Shown: positions 26,532 to 36,769, counted from the first letter of the stretch. The stretch is 64,000 bases of DNA from a virus (IMGVR_UViG_3300032233_002382:96001-160000), one strand, 5' to 3'. The notes: generated from the sequence alone by a model not told the origin. Numbers and translations are program-made.

Positions 26532-27452
26532 GTGTCCATTCGTCCTTTGACGTTGTCAGAGTATATTGGTCAGTCCGACATTAAAAACGCACTGGCTGTA
26601 TATCTATCCTCATCTCGGAAGACTAAGAAGCAGTTCGGTCATACACTTATTTATGGTCATGCAGGTCTCGGCAAGACTTCGCTTGCTTCGATCATTGCTA
26701 ACGAATTAGACTACGATTTTGTCAGCATTAACGGAACAAGCTTTTCGATCAAAGGCGAGTTGCTATCAGTACTTATGTCGTGTGCAGATAAACAGACCGT
26801 CGTTTTCATAGACGAAATTCACGCGGTAAAGACTCAGCTGCTCGAATGCCTTTATACAATTATGGAAGATGGATTTATTGATCTGACGGCTCCCGGTGAA
26901 AGTGTTCGATTCCATTTCGGTCCAATCACAATCATCGGGGCCACGACAGAAATCGGGTCTTTGCCGAAACCGCTACTCGATAGGTTTAGTCATAAACTCG
27001 AGCTTAATGCTCTGGATGATAACGAGAAATCTCAACTTATTCGAACGTTAGCGAATAAATCATCGATCCTAGTAGACGACTTGGCTGTAGAGATCTCGGT
27101 GACGAGGCTTTCGGGGATCCCTAGGGAGATCGTATCTTTCTTTGAGCGATGTGTTGATCATATGGTGTTTCTTGATAAGGATAGGATCGATCAGGATGTG
27201 GTGTTATCTACATTTAATACACTTGGAATCGACGGTGTAGGTATGGACAAAACCTGTCGAAAATACTTAAGAATTCTGGGTAGCTCGAATCGAATGGGAG
27301 TTAAATCTCTGGCTAATGCGCTCGGAGAATCAGTGTCGACTATCGAAAATGTCGTGGAACCAAAGTGTATGTCTATGGGATTCATTACTCGATCAATTAA
27401 CGGCCGCTCCATTACGGATAAGGCTAAGTCTTACCTTGCTACTCAAATGTAG
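26532..27452 (+). CDS. ruvB: Holliday junction branch-migration ATPase RuvB
   Basis: RPLTLSEYIGQ, Walker A GHAGLGKT, VFIDEIH, IIGATT..GSL.KPLLDRF and winged-helix C-terminus. GTG 26532 with GGAGG SD. Confidence 0.9.
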   Translation: MSIRPLTLSEYIGQSDIKNALAVYLSSSRKTKKQFGHTLIYGHAGLGKTSLASIIANELDYDFVSINGTSFSIKGELLSVLMSCADKQTVVFIDEIHAVKTQLLECLYTIMEDGFIDLTAPGESVRFHFGPITIIGATTEIGSLPKPLLDRFSHKLELNALDDNEKSQLIRTLANKSSILVDDLAVEISVTRLSGIPREIVSFFERCVDHMVFLDKDRIDQDVVLSTFNTLGIDGVGMDKTCRKYLRILGSSNRMGVKSLANALGESVSTIENVVEPKCMSMGFITRSINGRSITDKAKSYLATQM

Positions 27453-27460
27453 GATTCATT

Positions 27461-27754
27461 ATGAATGTCACTAATTTCACCATATCGTACGCCTTCGATT
27501 CCAATACATCAGGATTCCGTAAATCTAGCAATTTTGTATCTGTGACATTTTCTTTGCCTAACCCAGTCGACCCCGCTCAATTCGAACTGACTCGGTTAGA
27601 AGCTAGCAGGAAAGTGACGGTATGGGCCATACAAGACGCCGTAATGCGTGGAGAGATGTCTCAGTCGGACGCCAAAGAACGAATGGAAATACTTAAGCAT
27701 AATTTCGACGGAATGAGCGAATCGATTTCAAAAAAGGTGAACGCCAATGAATGA
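27461..27754 (+). CDS. Hypothetical protein
   Basis: 97-aa ORF preceded by AATG-TAGGAT-N5-ATG. Confidence 0.55.
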   Translation: MNVTNFTISYAFDSNTSGFRKSSNFVSVTFSLPNPVDPAQFELTRLEASRKVTVWAIQDAVMRGEMSQSDAKERMEILKHNFDGMSESISKKVNANE

Positions 27755-28511
27755 GCAGCTAACTCCCGAGAAGCTTTCTCAGATTCTCGACGAAGTCGGG
27801 TCCTATGAGATTAACTTGGAAGTGGACCCAACACTGCCTCATCTAGGTAACGCATATCTGCAAAAGGCTATATCGACCTGTCGAAATTACATGAACCGTG
27901 TTAATTATTATATGCAGATGGTTAAAATGCAAGAGAGGACTTTACGTACGGCTCTTAAGACTGCCGAGTTAGACTTTGATATGAAGATCTCTGAGAAGCT
28001 TGCGGATGATGCTTTGGTACGCAAACAACCCTCCATTGAGGATCGTAAGGCATTGGCCATGACGATGTTGCGCACAGAGCATGAGCTGGTTGCGACCATT
28101 AAATCGGATCTTCAGGATATCGAAGAAACAGGTAAACTCCTTAAGATGAAGTATGACCATCTTAAGGGAACTGTTGCCGATATAAAAATGCAGCGCAGCT
28201 TAGTAAAGGATGACGCAATTATTAGAATGGGTGGAGAAGATGGCTATTCTCGTCCTGTGATTAATCAAAACGGGACGGTTCCGAATGGGATGAGAGCTCC
28301 TGTTACTGCCGATCCAATCGATCCTAAGGACCTTCTTGATCCTAATAAGCGGCCCGAGCACATGCCAGAACCGCTAGATAATGCACATGCTCAAATGATC
28401 GCTAACTTTTTTAAATCGACACCGACACATCCAAACGCGCCTTCACCAAAACCGGGAAATGATGAAGAGAATGAAGTTAAATCGATTTCATATGAGGACC
28501 TTTTGTCTTGA
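27747..28511 (+). CDS. Coiled-coil protein, possibly UvsY-like recombination mediator
   Basis: Long amphipathic helices, then a Pro-rich tail ending SYEDLLS; sits in the recombination cluster. UvsY resemblance is by eye only. Confidence 0.45.
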   Translation: MNEQLTPEKLSQILDEVGSYEINLEVDPTLPHLGNAYLQKAISTCRNYMNRVNYYMQMVKMQERTLRTALKTAELDFDMKISEKLADDALVRKQPSIEDRKALAMTMLRTEHELVATIKSDLQDIEETGKLLKMKYDHLKGTVADIKMQRSLVKDDAIIRMGGEDGYSRPVINQNGTVPNGMRAPVTADPIDPKDLLDPNKRPEHMPEPLDNAHAQMIANFFKSTPTHPNAPSPKPGNDEENEVKSISYEDLLS

Positions 28512-29266
28512 AGATAATTTCTAAATTTACTGATTATTATGACGTAGCGCTCGGACTTGGGATCGATCCTAATCTCACGTATGTGCGGAAGACTGAAGAA
28601 CTCGAGCTGAAGACTCCTTATCATCAAAGAATAAGACATGACCGGTACATCCACAAGGGTGAGGTTATAGAGTATTTTGTAGGTCTTCTTAGCTTTTGCG
28701 GTGTGATTTATCCATACTACAAATTCACTAGGTCATGGATCGACAGGGATCTTGGTGGCTTACAGGTTCGTAAGTATGAAGACTACTATGCTTGGACTAA
28801 GGAGCAATATGTCGAGTATTTGACTAAATTCCCTCAGGACCCCAACAGATACTCAAAGTGGTGGTCCGGGAATATGCTTCCAGAAAAAAGCGCCGGTATG
28901 TGGGGAGGCAATTACCACAACCATTTTGAATCCGTGGGTCAATCCGACCACTCGTTGCACATCGATTGCAAAACTCCTATCATATTATTCGATTCCCGCA
29001 CACAATCCATGTCAGGTAAACGGTTTATTCCGCCAAAATATACGTGCATTCTGAACCCTAATCTTAAGCAGATTCAGTTCTCTAAAAGGCTTGAAGCGCT
29101 TAAAGCTTACCAGGAAATTTCAATGTACGTTGGTGGTGTGCTGCCTCGTTCGGGTCGAGAGATGGTCGAGATATCAGACGTCGATAAACGAGATAAGCAC
29201 GGATTTGATAACTCTTCGTTTAAAACTAGTTCACCTGGCAAAAAAGCCAACCGTCGCAGTAAATAA
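28508..29266 (+). CDS. Hypothetical phage protein
   Basis: 252-aa ORF with coupled TTG start and MKIISKFTDYYD N-terminus. Confidence 0.6.
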   Translation: MKIISKFTDYYDVALGLGIDPNLTYVRKTEELELKTPYHQRIRHDRYIHKGEVIEYFVGLLSFCGVIYPYYKFTRSWIDRDLGGLQVRKYEDYYAWTKEQYVEYLTKFPQDPNRYSKWWSGNMLPEKSAGMWGGNYHNHFESVGQSDHSLHIDCKTPIILFDSRTQSMSGKRFIPPKYTCILNPNLKQIQFSKRLEALKAYQEISMYVGGVLPRSGREMVEISDVDKRDKHGFDNSSFKTSSPGKKANRRSK

Positions 29267-29292
29267 CCGCCCTGTGGGCATCTGGAGGAAAC

Positions 29293-31590
29293 GTGAAGTC
29301 ATTTAAAATCAACGACAAGCTTACTTTGGTACAGCATGAGCTCGCATTCAAGGAACCTCCGAAGAAAGTCGAGCAAAAGACTCATCATATTGCGGTAATT
29401 GACTGCTCAGGTAGCATGACCTGGGACTTGCCTAAGGTTCGTGATCAGCTTAAGAAGAAGCTGCCAAAGCTGCTTAAGGATTCCGATACCGTTTCAATCA
29501 TTTGGTTCAGCGGCAAGGGAGAGTTCGGAACCCTCCTAGAAGCAGAGGCGGTCTCGTCTCTTACAGATCTTAAGAATGTTAACTCTGCTATTGACCGGTG
29601 GCTCAAGCCCGTGGGTCTTACGGGTTTTAAGGAGCCTATGGAGGAAGTATCGGCTCTTGTCGATCGTATCCAGAAGAAGGATAGTGATGGCGTCTTCTCG
29701 CTGATGTTTATGAGCGACGGACAGGACAATCAATGGCCGAAGGATCAGATCATTAAGGCAGTCGAATCATCTTCCGGTAAACTAGCGTCCGCTACGTTTA
29801 TCGAGTATGGATATTATGCGGATCGACCGACTCTGACTAAGATGGCTGAGGCGGCCGGTGGCGCTTTAGTGTTTGCTGAAGATTTCGATAAATTCGACCC
29901 TGTTTTTGATGCTGTTATTCAGAAGAAGATTTCGGGCAAGCCTAAGATCGAGGTGAAGCTTGACTTTAAGCCGATTCGTGATTTTGCATTTGCTCTTTCT
30001 GATGGTGAGCTCATTAGTTACGGTGTGGATGGTAGCAGCGTGAAGATTCCGGAAGACTCGTCTGCCGTGTGGTATGTTGCCGAGAGCGTTACCGGGTCCG
30101 AGAGTATCGATGTTCAGAGCAATGACCCGTCCGTGTCGGCGCTTTATGCTGCAATCTCGCTTTACAGCGTCCGTATGGCGCCAGACATCGTTTTGCCGCT
30201 CCTCAAGACGTCAGGTGATGTCACATTCATTGATGCTTTTGGTGGATGCTTCGGGAAGCAGAAATATAGCGAATTCATGGACATGACGAAGGCTGCAGCC
30301 TTTGATAAGAGCAAGAGACTAGTCGAAGGATATGATCCTAACAAGGTGCCCGCTGATGATGCTTTTACCGTTCTTGATGTGCTTAACGCTCTGGCAGATG
30401 ATGAAGGTAATAAGCTGCTTCTCGACTCTCCCGAATTTAAGTATACAAAGATCGGTCGCGGACGAGTCGATGCCGATGAATCGCTTACCGCAGACGAGCA
30501 GAAGCAGATAGAGGATCTCACGAATCAAATGACTGCTACCAAGGACCCTAAGAAGGTGGCAGAGCTAGCTGCTCAGATTGCATCTATTACGGCCAGCAAG
30601 AAGCCCGCGCTCAAGTTCGTATCGCAGCCATCACCTGATGGATACTCGATCAGTAACCTCACTTATAACGAAGATCGTCCTAATATCTCGGTATTGGTGC
30701 GTAAGGAAGGAACGGTTGATGTCTCAGACCGTCTTCCTACTTCGCTCGAAGGAAAAATCCCGAAGCAGTTCCCCACTTCGATCTATCGGAATTATGCGAT
30801 TCTTAAGGACGGTTTGGTAAACGTTTCGCTTTTGCCTGTAAAGCTTACCCCCAGGACAGTTACCAAGCTAGCTAACGCAGTGTCGACCGGAAAGGCGCCC
30901 AAGGAAGCATTCGAATTCAACCCGAATGGTGCGAGCAAGATCCACCTTAATAAGTTGCCGGTTATTAACCGTCAGATGGTTAAGTCGATCAGCGCCAGGA
31001 CCTTCTTCGAGACCCAGTGGGAACTGCTGAAGTCTCAGGCAGAAAAGAAGGTATTCGACTCATTTAGCAAAGAACTATCACCCGAGAAGAAGAGCGAAGG
31101 GTTTGTGGCTCTTTATGGGGATGAGGGGGCTGCTTGGCTTAAAGAGAACGGCTTCACGGACTTCGGTTTTAATCCTAAGTCAGTGGTCGCGGAATCGACC
31201 GACTTTTATATGGGCAAAGAACTCAAGGCTTCTATAAAGGGGTATTCGACGATCCCAAGCCTTAAGGACCTTCGTGGACAGATGGCTAAGGGTAAACTCA
31301 ATGGTCCTGGAAGTCTCATGAAGCCCTTCTTCGACGAAGCCGAGAAGATCTCCACCGGAACTGCACCGCTTGAGGAGCGTATCGCTATCCTTAATGAGCG
31401 CGGTCGTCAGGCGAAGTCTCGTTCTAACGGCTTCATTCGGAAGATCGCTGCTGACACATTTACCATTGTCGTCGGTCAGGTTTGGCCTTCTGAGTGGGCG
31501 AGCATTGACGATAATACCATTCAGCTGAATCTAGACGGTAATTCGGTTGAGTGCAAGCTTGAATCTAAGGAAGTACAGGTTAAGATTTAG
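29293..31590 (+). CDS. von Willebrand factor A (vWA) domain protein
   Basis: MIDAS motif VIDCSGSM, T in VGLT and MSDG; GGAGG SD; strong AAG/GAG codon preference. Confidence 0.8.
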   Translation: MKSFKINDKLTLVQHELAFKEPPKKVEQKTHHIAVIDCSGSMTWDLPKVRDQLKKKLPKLLKDSDTVSIIWFSGKGEFGTLLEAEAVSSLTDLKNVNSAIDRWLKPVGLTGFKEPMEEVSALVDRIQKKDSDGVFSLMFMSDGQDNQWPKDQIIKAVESSSGKLASATFIEYGYYADRPTLTKMAEAAGGALVFAEDFDKFDPVFDAVIQKKISGKPKIEVKLDFKPIRDFAFALSDGELISYGVDGSSVKIPEDSSAVWYVAESVTGSESIDVQSNDPSVSALYAAISLYSVRMAPDIVLPLLKTSGDVTFIDAFGGCFGKQKYSEFMDMTKAAAFDKSKRLVEGYDPNKVPADDAFTVLDVLNALADDEGNKLLLDSPEFKYTKIGRGRVDADESLTADEQKQIEDLTNQMTATKDPKKVAELAAQIASITASKKPALKFVSQPSPDGYSISNLTYNEDRPNISVLVRKEGTVDVSDRLPTSLEGKIPKQFPTSIYRNYAILKDGLVNVSLLPVKLTPRTVTKLANAVSTGKAPKEAFEFNPNGASKIHLNKLPVINRQMVKSISARTFFETQWELLKSQAEKKVFDSFSKELSPEKKSEGFVALYGDEGAAWLKENGFTDFGFNPKSVVAESTDFYMGKELKASIKGYSTIPSLKDLRGQMAKGKLNGPGSLMKPFFDEAEKISTGTAPLEERIAILNERGRQAKSRSNGFIRKIAADTFTIVVGQVWPSEWASIDDNTIQLNLDGNSVECKLESKEVQVKI

Positions 31591-31596
31591 ATTTCA

Positions 31597-31606
31597 AGTG
31601 TAAAAT
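31597..31606 (+). promoter_or_regulatory. ARTGTAnnnT motif (AGTGTAAAAT) upstream of the SSB-like gene
   Basis: Identical 10-mer at 33343; variants at 40800, 46337, 54249, 27446 and on the minus strand at 24391, 56335 and 57059. Confidence 0.55.
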
Positions 31607-31661
31607 CCAAACGGCGATTAAGCCAACCGGGCGGTATAGCCCACCAGCGAAGGACGGTACG

Positions 31662-32540
31662 ATGTCAGAGATCATGGAATTCGGGTTCGACGACGGCAAG
31701 GTCATCAAGAACAATGCGATCGAGAACTGGAAGCAGACGCGCCCTGGAGAGAAGTCTCGAGTCTCCATCATCAGCTACAAGAAGTTTTCTGATGGTGTTC
31801 TGGCTCAGAAGGCTCGAGATAAGGGCGCAGCTCTTACTGACGCTGAGAAGGCAGACTTCATCAGCAAGATCGACAAGAAGCTGGCGGAGCAGCTTGGTAA
31901 GCCGGTCGAGGCGCTTACTGAGGTGGATCGCCTCGATATTAAGGCACCTCGTTTTGCTTTCGCTTACACCCATTATCGCGACGGCGTCGGCTCTATCCGT
32001 TGTGCCTCGAAGTATGAGGGTAGCACGGTTTCCAAGCCAGAGTTGTGCTGCAACAAGTTAGGTGATGCGGATCAGACTGTAGCTGCCATCATCATGACCT
32101 ACCCGGTCAAGGATGGTATGCAGGTAGACGAAGAGCTTCTTGCAGCTCGTAAGTACGTGAATTTCTACATCTGGAAGATGAGCGCCAAGAAGTTCCGCAA
32201 GGTCGAGGACGCCTACAAGGAAGCGCGAGGTGATGATAAGTACACCATCGACCTCCTGGTTACGCTGGATGGCGACCCGAAGTACCAGAAGCAGCAGATC
32301 GCAGCTGGTTCGAACGCGGTGTGGGCCAAGGGTAAGCTCGATGCTGAGGCTCGTGCTTGGGTACTCGATCAGGGTCTTCGTAACTGGAAGCACGTCTCGA
32401 ATAGCCTTGGCTTCGAGATGAAGATGGACAAGCTGGCGGAGAAGCTCGGAATGGGCGGTGCTTCTTCTGCTGCTTTGATGGGTGACTCTGGTGCGGAGAC
32501 CCCAAAGCTCATTAGCTCGTACGACGATCTTATCAGCTAA
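31662..32540 (+). CDS. Putative single-stranded DNA-binding protein (T4 gp32-like)
   Basis: THY..RC..ELCC possible Zn ligands, FYIWKMSAKKF segment and acidic hydrophobic tail SYDDLIS; biased codon usage; located next to ruvC-like and recA. Confidence 0.55.
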   Translation: MSEIMEFGFDDGKVIKNNAIENWKQTRPGEKSRVSIISYKKFSDGVLAQKARDKGAALTDAEKADFISKIDKKLAEQLGKPVEALTEVDRLDIKAPRFAFAYTHYRDGVGSIRCASKYEGSTVSKPELCCNKLGDADQTVAAIIMTYPVKDGMQVDEELLAARKYVNFYIWKMSAKKFRKVEDAYKEARGDDKYTIDLLVTLDGDPKYQKQQIAAGSNAVWAKGKLDAEARAWVLDQGLRNWKHVSNSLGFEMKMDKLAEKLGMGGASSAALMGDSGAETPKLISSYDDLIS

Positions 32541-32556
32541 GTCTGGCTAATTCGGA

Positions 32557-32586
32557 ATGTGGCCTGGTTTAACCGCCAGGCCACAT
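32557..32586. terminator. Hairpin after the SSB-like gene
   Basis: Perfect 11-bp inverted repeat ATGTGGCCTGG-TTTAACCG-CCAGGCCACAT. Confidence 0.65.
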
Positions 32587-32602
32587 CTGTATTCGGAGTA
32601 CT

Positions 32603-33334
32603 ATGCGCACACTTGGTCTTGATCCGAGCTTGTCCGCTTACGGGTGGGCTATCCATGATAGTGATGCCACCGGAATGCAAAGAAGGGTAGCTTCCGGTCA
32701 TGAAGGAACGCTTCCTTCCGCCGTTCCGGTAGCAAGATTCATGCACTATAGAGCACTGGTGGAAAGGCTTCTTCTTGAATACCAGCCTGATGTAGTCGGC
32801 ATTGAGTCTCCTGCATATGATGCAGGACCGTTTCAAACCATCCACTTCGGATTGATGATGTTTAGTATGGAGAGCATATTCAAGCGGCGTAAAGATTTAG
32901 TGTTATTTGATCCAGCAACGCTTAAAGGGCTTGCTAGATTCGGTCTAAAAAACAAGATAGGGATGATATCGAAACAGGATATGCAGCGTTTTGTTCAGTT
33001 AGATACTTTGGATACAAACATTATCGACAATAATGAGGCCGATGCATACTGTGTGGCATATTTTTCTGCGAGGTTTATGGGCGTGATCAACGGTTCGATA
33101 AATCCTGAAGACCTGACCCAGTCAGAGTTGAACACTTTCCTACTTAGAAAGAAGAACGTGAAAACTGTAAGGGGTAAGAAAATCAAGATGGTATCACATG
33201 CATTTAGAGAGAATTCTAGGTATTTCCGGTTTAGTGCAGTGCCTGAGGGCGAAGTAAACTTACCTAACAAAGCGAGCGTAAATCCCGACCTGATCGAGTA
33301 TCTTGAGGCTTTAGAACCTAACATCAAGCTCTGA
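32603..33334 (+). CDS. RuvC-like Holliday junction resolvase
   Basis: LGLDPSLSAYGWA, VGIES, P.TLK and NEADAYCVA acidic catalytic motifs. Confidence 0.8.
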   Translation: MRTLGLDPSLSAYGWAIHDSDATGMQRRVASGHEGTLPSAVPVARFMHYRALVERLLLEYQPDVVGIESPAYDAGPFQTIHFGLMMFSMESIFKRRKDLVLFDPATLKGLARFGLKNKIGMISKQDMQRFVQLDTLDTNIIDNNEADAYCVAYFSARFMGVINGSINPEDLTQSELNTFLLRKKNVKTVRGKKIKMVSHAFRENSRYFRFSAVPEGEVNLPNKASVNPDLIEYLEALEPNIKL

Positions 33335-33342
33335 CATTTATA

Positions 33343-33352
33343 AGTGTAAAAT
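33343..33352 (+). promoter_or_regulatory. ARTGTAnnnT motif upstream of recA
   Basis: AGTGTAAAAT in a 37-bp intergenic gap, followed by GAGGGAG SD. Confidence 0.55.
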
Positions 33353-33371
33353 ATTCTAGAGGGAGAACACA

Positions 33372-34700
33372 ATGGCCAAAGCTCAACCAGTCGCGAAGTT
33401 ACACCCTAAGCTTGCTAGATTTATGGCAGGAATGGAAAAGAAATCCGGCATTGATATGCAGGATATTGTTGTTACTCCATCGCTTAAGATGGAACATATT
33501 AACACGGGTTCGACAGTATTAAACATGCTTATTGGCGGCTCTCGGGTTGGAGACGGTTCCTTCCTGTGCCCAGGATATCCTAGAGGCAAAATTATCGAAA
33601 TCTACGGTCGTGAGTCGAGCGGCAAATCCACAATAGCGTTGATGGCGGCCGGTCAGGCTGTTGCATCTAACGGTGGAACTGGAAGCGTGCTTTATGTGGA
33701 TCTTGAGCACGCTGTTGTAGATGCGTATGCATTGAAGCTTGGCGTTGACTTTCGGCCTATAGAGCTTGGCGGTAACGGTCAAGCTATCCGCGTTGCACCC
33801 CACATCTTCGAAGAGACTGAGGCTCTTGTTAACGGGGCTGCCCTGAACGGAGTCGATCTGATCGTGGTTGACTCGGTTGCTGGTCTTGTGTCGCGACGTG
33901 AGGCCTCAAGAGATCTCACCAATGAGAAAGAAAAGCAGGGCGTCGCTGAAATCCCGCGCTTGATGAGCGCTTGGATGCCTAAGCTACAGGCCATTATTGC
34001 AAAGACAGGCACCACCGTTATATTCCTTAACCAGACTCGAGACAAAATCGGAGCTATGGGATATACGGAAGAAGCTCTGAAGAGCACCACTGGTGGTAAC
34101 GCGCTCAAATTCTGGGCCTCTCTACGCATGATGCTAAAGCCTAAGCAATCGGCGAAAGCGAAGGTGTTTAATCCGATCATTAAGGAGTATGAGGAAGTCC
34201 CCGTAGCTACCGACGTTGAAGTCAAAAACATAAAGAATAAGATTGATGCCCGCCAGGGACATACTGGTCTCATTACGATCCGTTATGGAGTCGGCATTGA
34301 TGAAATGCGGACGATGTTAAACGTGGCAGAAGCGTATAACATCGTGAAAATGAGCAAAAACGCTCGCAAGCAGGAGGTTTATACTTATAAATGTGCAGCT
34401 ACTGGTGATGTGATTGAAGCTATTGGGGTGGAGAAGTTCCGGGTTGCTATGCAGCGCAATTCTACTGCATTTGAAGAGATGATGAGCGCTTGCCGTGATC
34501 GTATCATTCAAGGATTCCGAGCTATTGACGACGAGCAGCTTGCCCAATTGGCTGAAGATGCGGTCACTAAGAAGATCGACGATGAAGATGAATATTTAGA
34601 CGACTCGTCTACTGCGTTGGTGAGTCCAAATGATATGGGACTTGACGATTCGGAAGAAGACTCCGATTCGAATGTCACTATTTCAGCCGACGACGTCTAA
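33372..34700 (+). CDS. recA: RecA/UvsX recombinase with long acidic C-terminal tail
   Basis: GYPRGKIIEIYGRESSGKST, LYVDLEHA, LIVVDSVAGL, IFLNQTRDKIG, TTGGNALKFWASLR. Confidence 0.92.
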   Translation: MAKAQPVAKLHPKLARFMAGMEKKSGIDMQDIVVTPSLKMEHINTGSTVLNMLIGGSRVGDGSFLCPGYPRGKIIEIYGRESSGKSTIALMAAGQAVASNGGTGSVLYVDLEHAVVDAYALKLGVDFRPIELGGNGQAIRVAPHIFEETEALVNGAALNGVDLIVVDSVAGLVSRREASRDLTNEKEKQGVAEIPRLMSAWMPKLQAIIAKTGTTVIFLNQTRDKIGAMGYTEEALKSTTGGNALKFWASLRMMLKPKQSAKAKVFNPIIKEYEEVPVATDVEVKNIKNKIDARQGHTGLITIRYGVGIDEMRTMLNVAEAYNIVKMSKNARKQEVYTYKCAATGDVIEAIGVEKFRVAMQRNSTAFEEMMSACRDRIIQGFRAIDDEQLAQLAEDAVTKKIDDEDEYLDDSSTALVSPNDMGLDDSEEDSDSNVTISADDV

Positions 34701-34711
34701 GGAGGAAACCT

Positions 34712-36769
34712 ATGGAAAACGCTTACTGGTCTCTACCTGTTATAGGTCCGCTGCTTCGTTCGCTTAATGTACAAGACCGAGAAGGTCTAATGTCTCTAAA
34801 TATATCCGATCTCGTGACGCGCAATGGTGTGGGTCGCACCAAAATGATGGCGTTGGTTGACCTCATCAATGCCGAAAAGAAGCAAAAGGAAATCGCCGGA
34901 ATTTCGTCTGATCTATATACGCTGTGTAAACCCTACCTCCATCTACCTGCTAAGTCCTGTTTGGGAAGGCTGAACTCCCGGTTAGAATCTAAGATAGATG
35001 AATATAACCTTCATACTGTAGCTGATGTCATTCGTTGGATCGAAGCAGTGGATGTTAAAGATGAACTAAACTACGGCCATAAAACACATGAATGGGCTAA
35101 AACAAGACTCTCTGATCTGTCTCGGGTAGGTCCGAACGTGTTAGTATTCGGACAGAATACCAGTCCTCAAACCGCTGATGAATTCGTGGAGTTGTACTTC
35201 AAGAATATCGAGAATCCTGCTTATCTTTCGATATTTAAGGAGTATTTTGCAGATGACAAAACGCTGGATGAAATCGGAAAAACTCGGACTCCACCCGTTA
35301 CGCGCGAGAGAATTCGCCAGATTATGGACATTCAAGTCCGTAGAGATTCGGACGGATGGTCTCGAGTCGCAGCTGACATACTAGATGTCCTTACCAGAAA
35401 GCTCGATGCTCAAAACGGCGTAGTGACGGAGTCTGCAGCTTTAAGTCTTACTGGTGCGAAGTACACTTGGCAAATCGATTTGCTGTCAAAGATTGCTGGA
35501 AGAGAGTTACACTTCCCCCGTGGTCGGCGCGAGGGAATTGTGTGTATTTATAAATCAGATGAACTATCGGATCTATGTAGTGAACTTGGCGAAGCGATCG
35601 ATTCGATACTTGAAGAATCGAATGTGCTAGTCAATCTACAGGAAAAGCTCAAGGATTATGGATTCGAATATGGGGATGAATTTAAGAACATCCTTCCCAT
35701 CCTTGCGAACGTAGAAATTAATGGAGATAGAGTATATGATAGTCGTAAGAAGATAAACACTTCTTACGTTGAGACATTAAGATCATTCGGACGACCTGCG
35801 ACCGCGAGAGAAATCACGGAAAAGCTGTCGGAATCTGATTCTAGTATATCTAACAGGCTCCATACTACGATTACTCAGCTTCGTCGGTCGTCTGAAGTAT
35901 TTAAGACGGATGACCACAAGTTCGTCCACGAAGAACACCTCGGTTTCAGCGTTAAACAGCTTAAAGCACTTGCAGTGGAAGCCTGCAAGCTTGTACCTCG
36001 AAATGGTTCTGCTGTAAACGTACGCCGGTTACTTAAAGAGCTAAGCGCTAGTAACCAGATTCCTGCTTCTCTGAGCCCTTTTACCTTGCGTGATGCCATG
36101 ATGTTGGTTGGAGATGTTAGGAGCTGGAGAGCTGGTTGTGATGTCGCTTGGATCTGTGAGAATACTCATCGGCTTACAATCCCCGAGTACTTTGATGAGA
36201 TAGCGCCAACATTGGATCAGCCGTTTTCGATGAAGGATCTCGTAGACTCGGTTTGTAAGATCAGCGGCTATTTGCCTGAATCTGTTAAAATGCAGTTTCA
36301 TTCAAATGAGTCTACTGTTCATATTGGTTACAATCTCTACGTAGCAAGGTCGGCGATTGAACCGGACTCCGCAAAATTCGACCAGTTGGTCAACGTTGCC
36401 GCGTCGCACGTGCCTGCTGTCGGTGTCGTAACGGGTCATGAGTTAGCAGCGTCTTGTAAAGAGCTTAAGTTATTAGCTAAAAAGCATGGTCCTGGTTTAA
36501 TATGGGGTCTTGCTAAACTTCACAAGAATATCGTGGCACGTTCACGTGGGCTTTTGCTTTACTCAGCGGCACACCCCAATCTGTGGAGCGCCTTTAAATC
36601 CGACCCACGCTGGAAGCTGCCGTCGACTTTCACAAGTGACGATCTGAGAAAGTGTATCATAGGCGAATTCAAGATAAATACCTACAGCTATTCTTATTAT
36701 CTGTTAAAGGACGCAATGTCTACTAAGGAAGTATCACTTAATCATGCAGACATGTACACGTCAGCGTAA
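34712..36769 (+). CDS. Protein with RNAP alpha-CTD-like helix-hairpin-helix repeats, a sigma-70 region 4 HTH and winged-helix-like domains
   Basis: LMSLNISDLVTRNGVGRTKM (alpha-CTD-like) and KTLDEIG..PVTRERIRQIM (sigma region 4); GGAGG SD. Confidence 0.6.
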   Translation: MENAYWSLPVIGPLLRSLNVQDREGLMSLNISDLVTRNGVGRTKMMALVDLINAEKKQKEIAGISSDLYTLCKPYLHLPAKSCLGRLNSRLESKIDEYNLHTVADVIRWIEAVDVKDELNYGHKTHEWAKTRLSDLSRVGPNVLVFGQNTSPQTADEFVELYFKNIENPAYLSIFKEYFADDKTLDEIGKTRTPPVTRERIRQIMDIQVRRDSDGWSRVAADILDVLTRKLDAQNGVVTESAALSLTGAKYTWQIDLLSKIAGRELHFPRGRREGIVCIYKSDELSDLCSELGEAIDSILEESNVLVNLQEKLKDYGFEYGDEFKNILPILANVEINGDRVYDSRKKINTSYVETLRSFGRPATAREITEKLSESDSSISNRLHTTITQLRRSSEVFKTDDHKFVHEEHLGFSVKQLKALAVEACKLVPRNGSAVNVRRLLKELSASNQIPASLSPFTLRDAMMLVGDVRSWRAGCDVAWICENTHRLTIPEYFDEIAPTLDQPFSMKDLVDSVCKISGYLPESVKMQFHSNESTVHIGYNLYVARSAIEPDSAKFDQLVNVAASHVPAVGVVTGHELAASCKELKLLAKKHGPGLIWGLAKLHKNIVARSRGLLLYSAAHPNLWSAFKSDPRWKLPSTFTSDDLRKCIIGEFKINTYSYSYYLLKDAMSTKEVSLNHADMYTSA

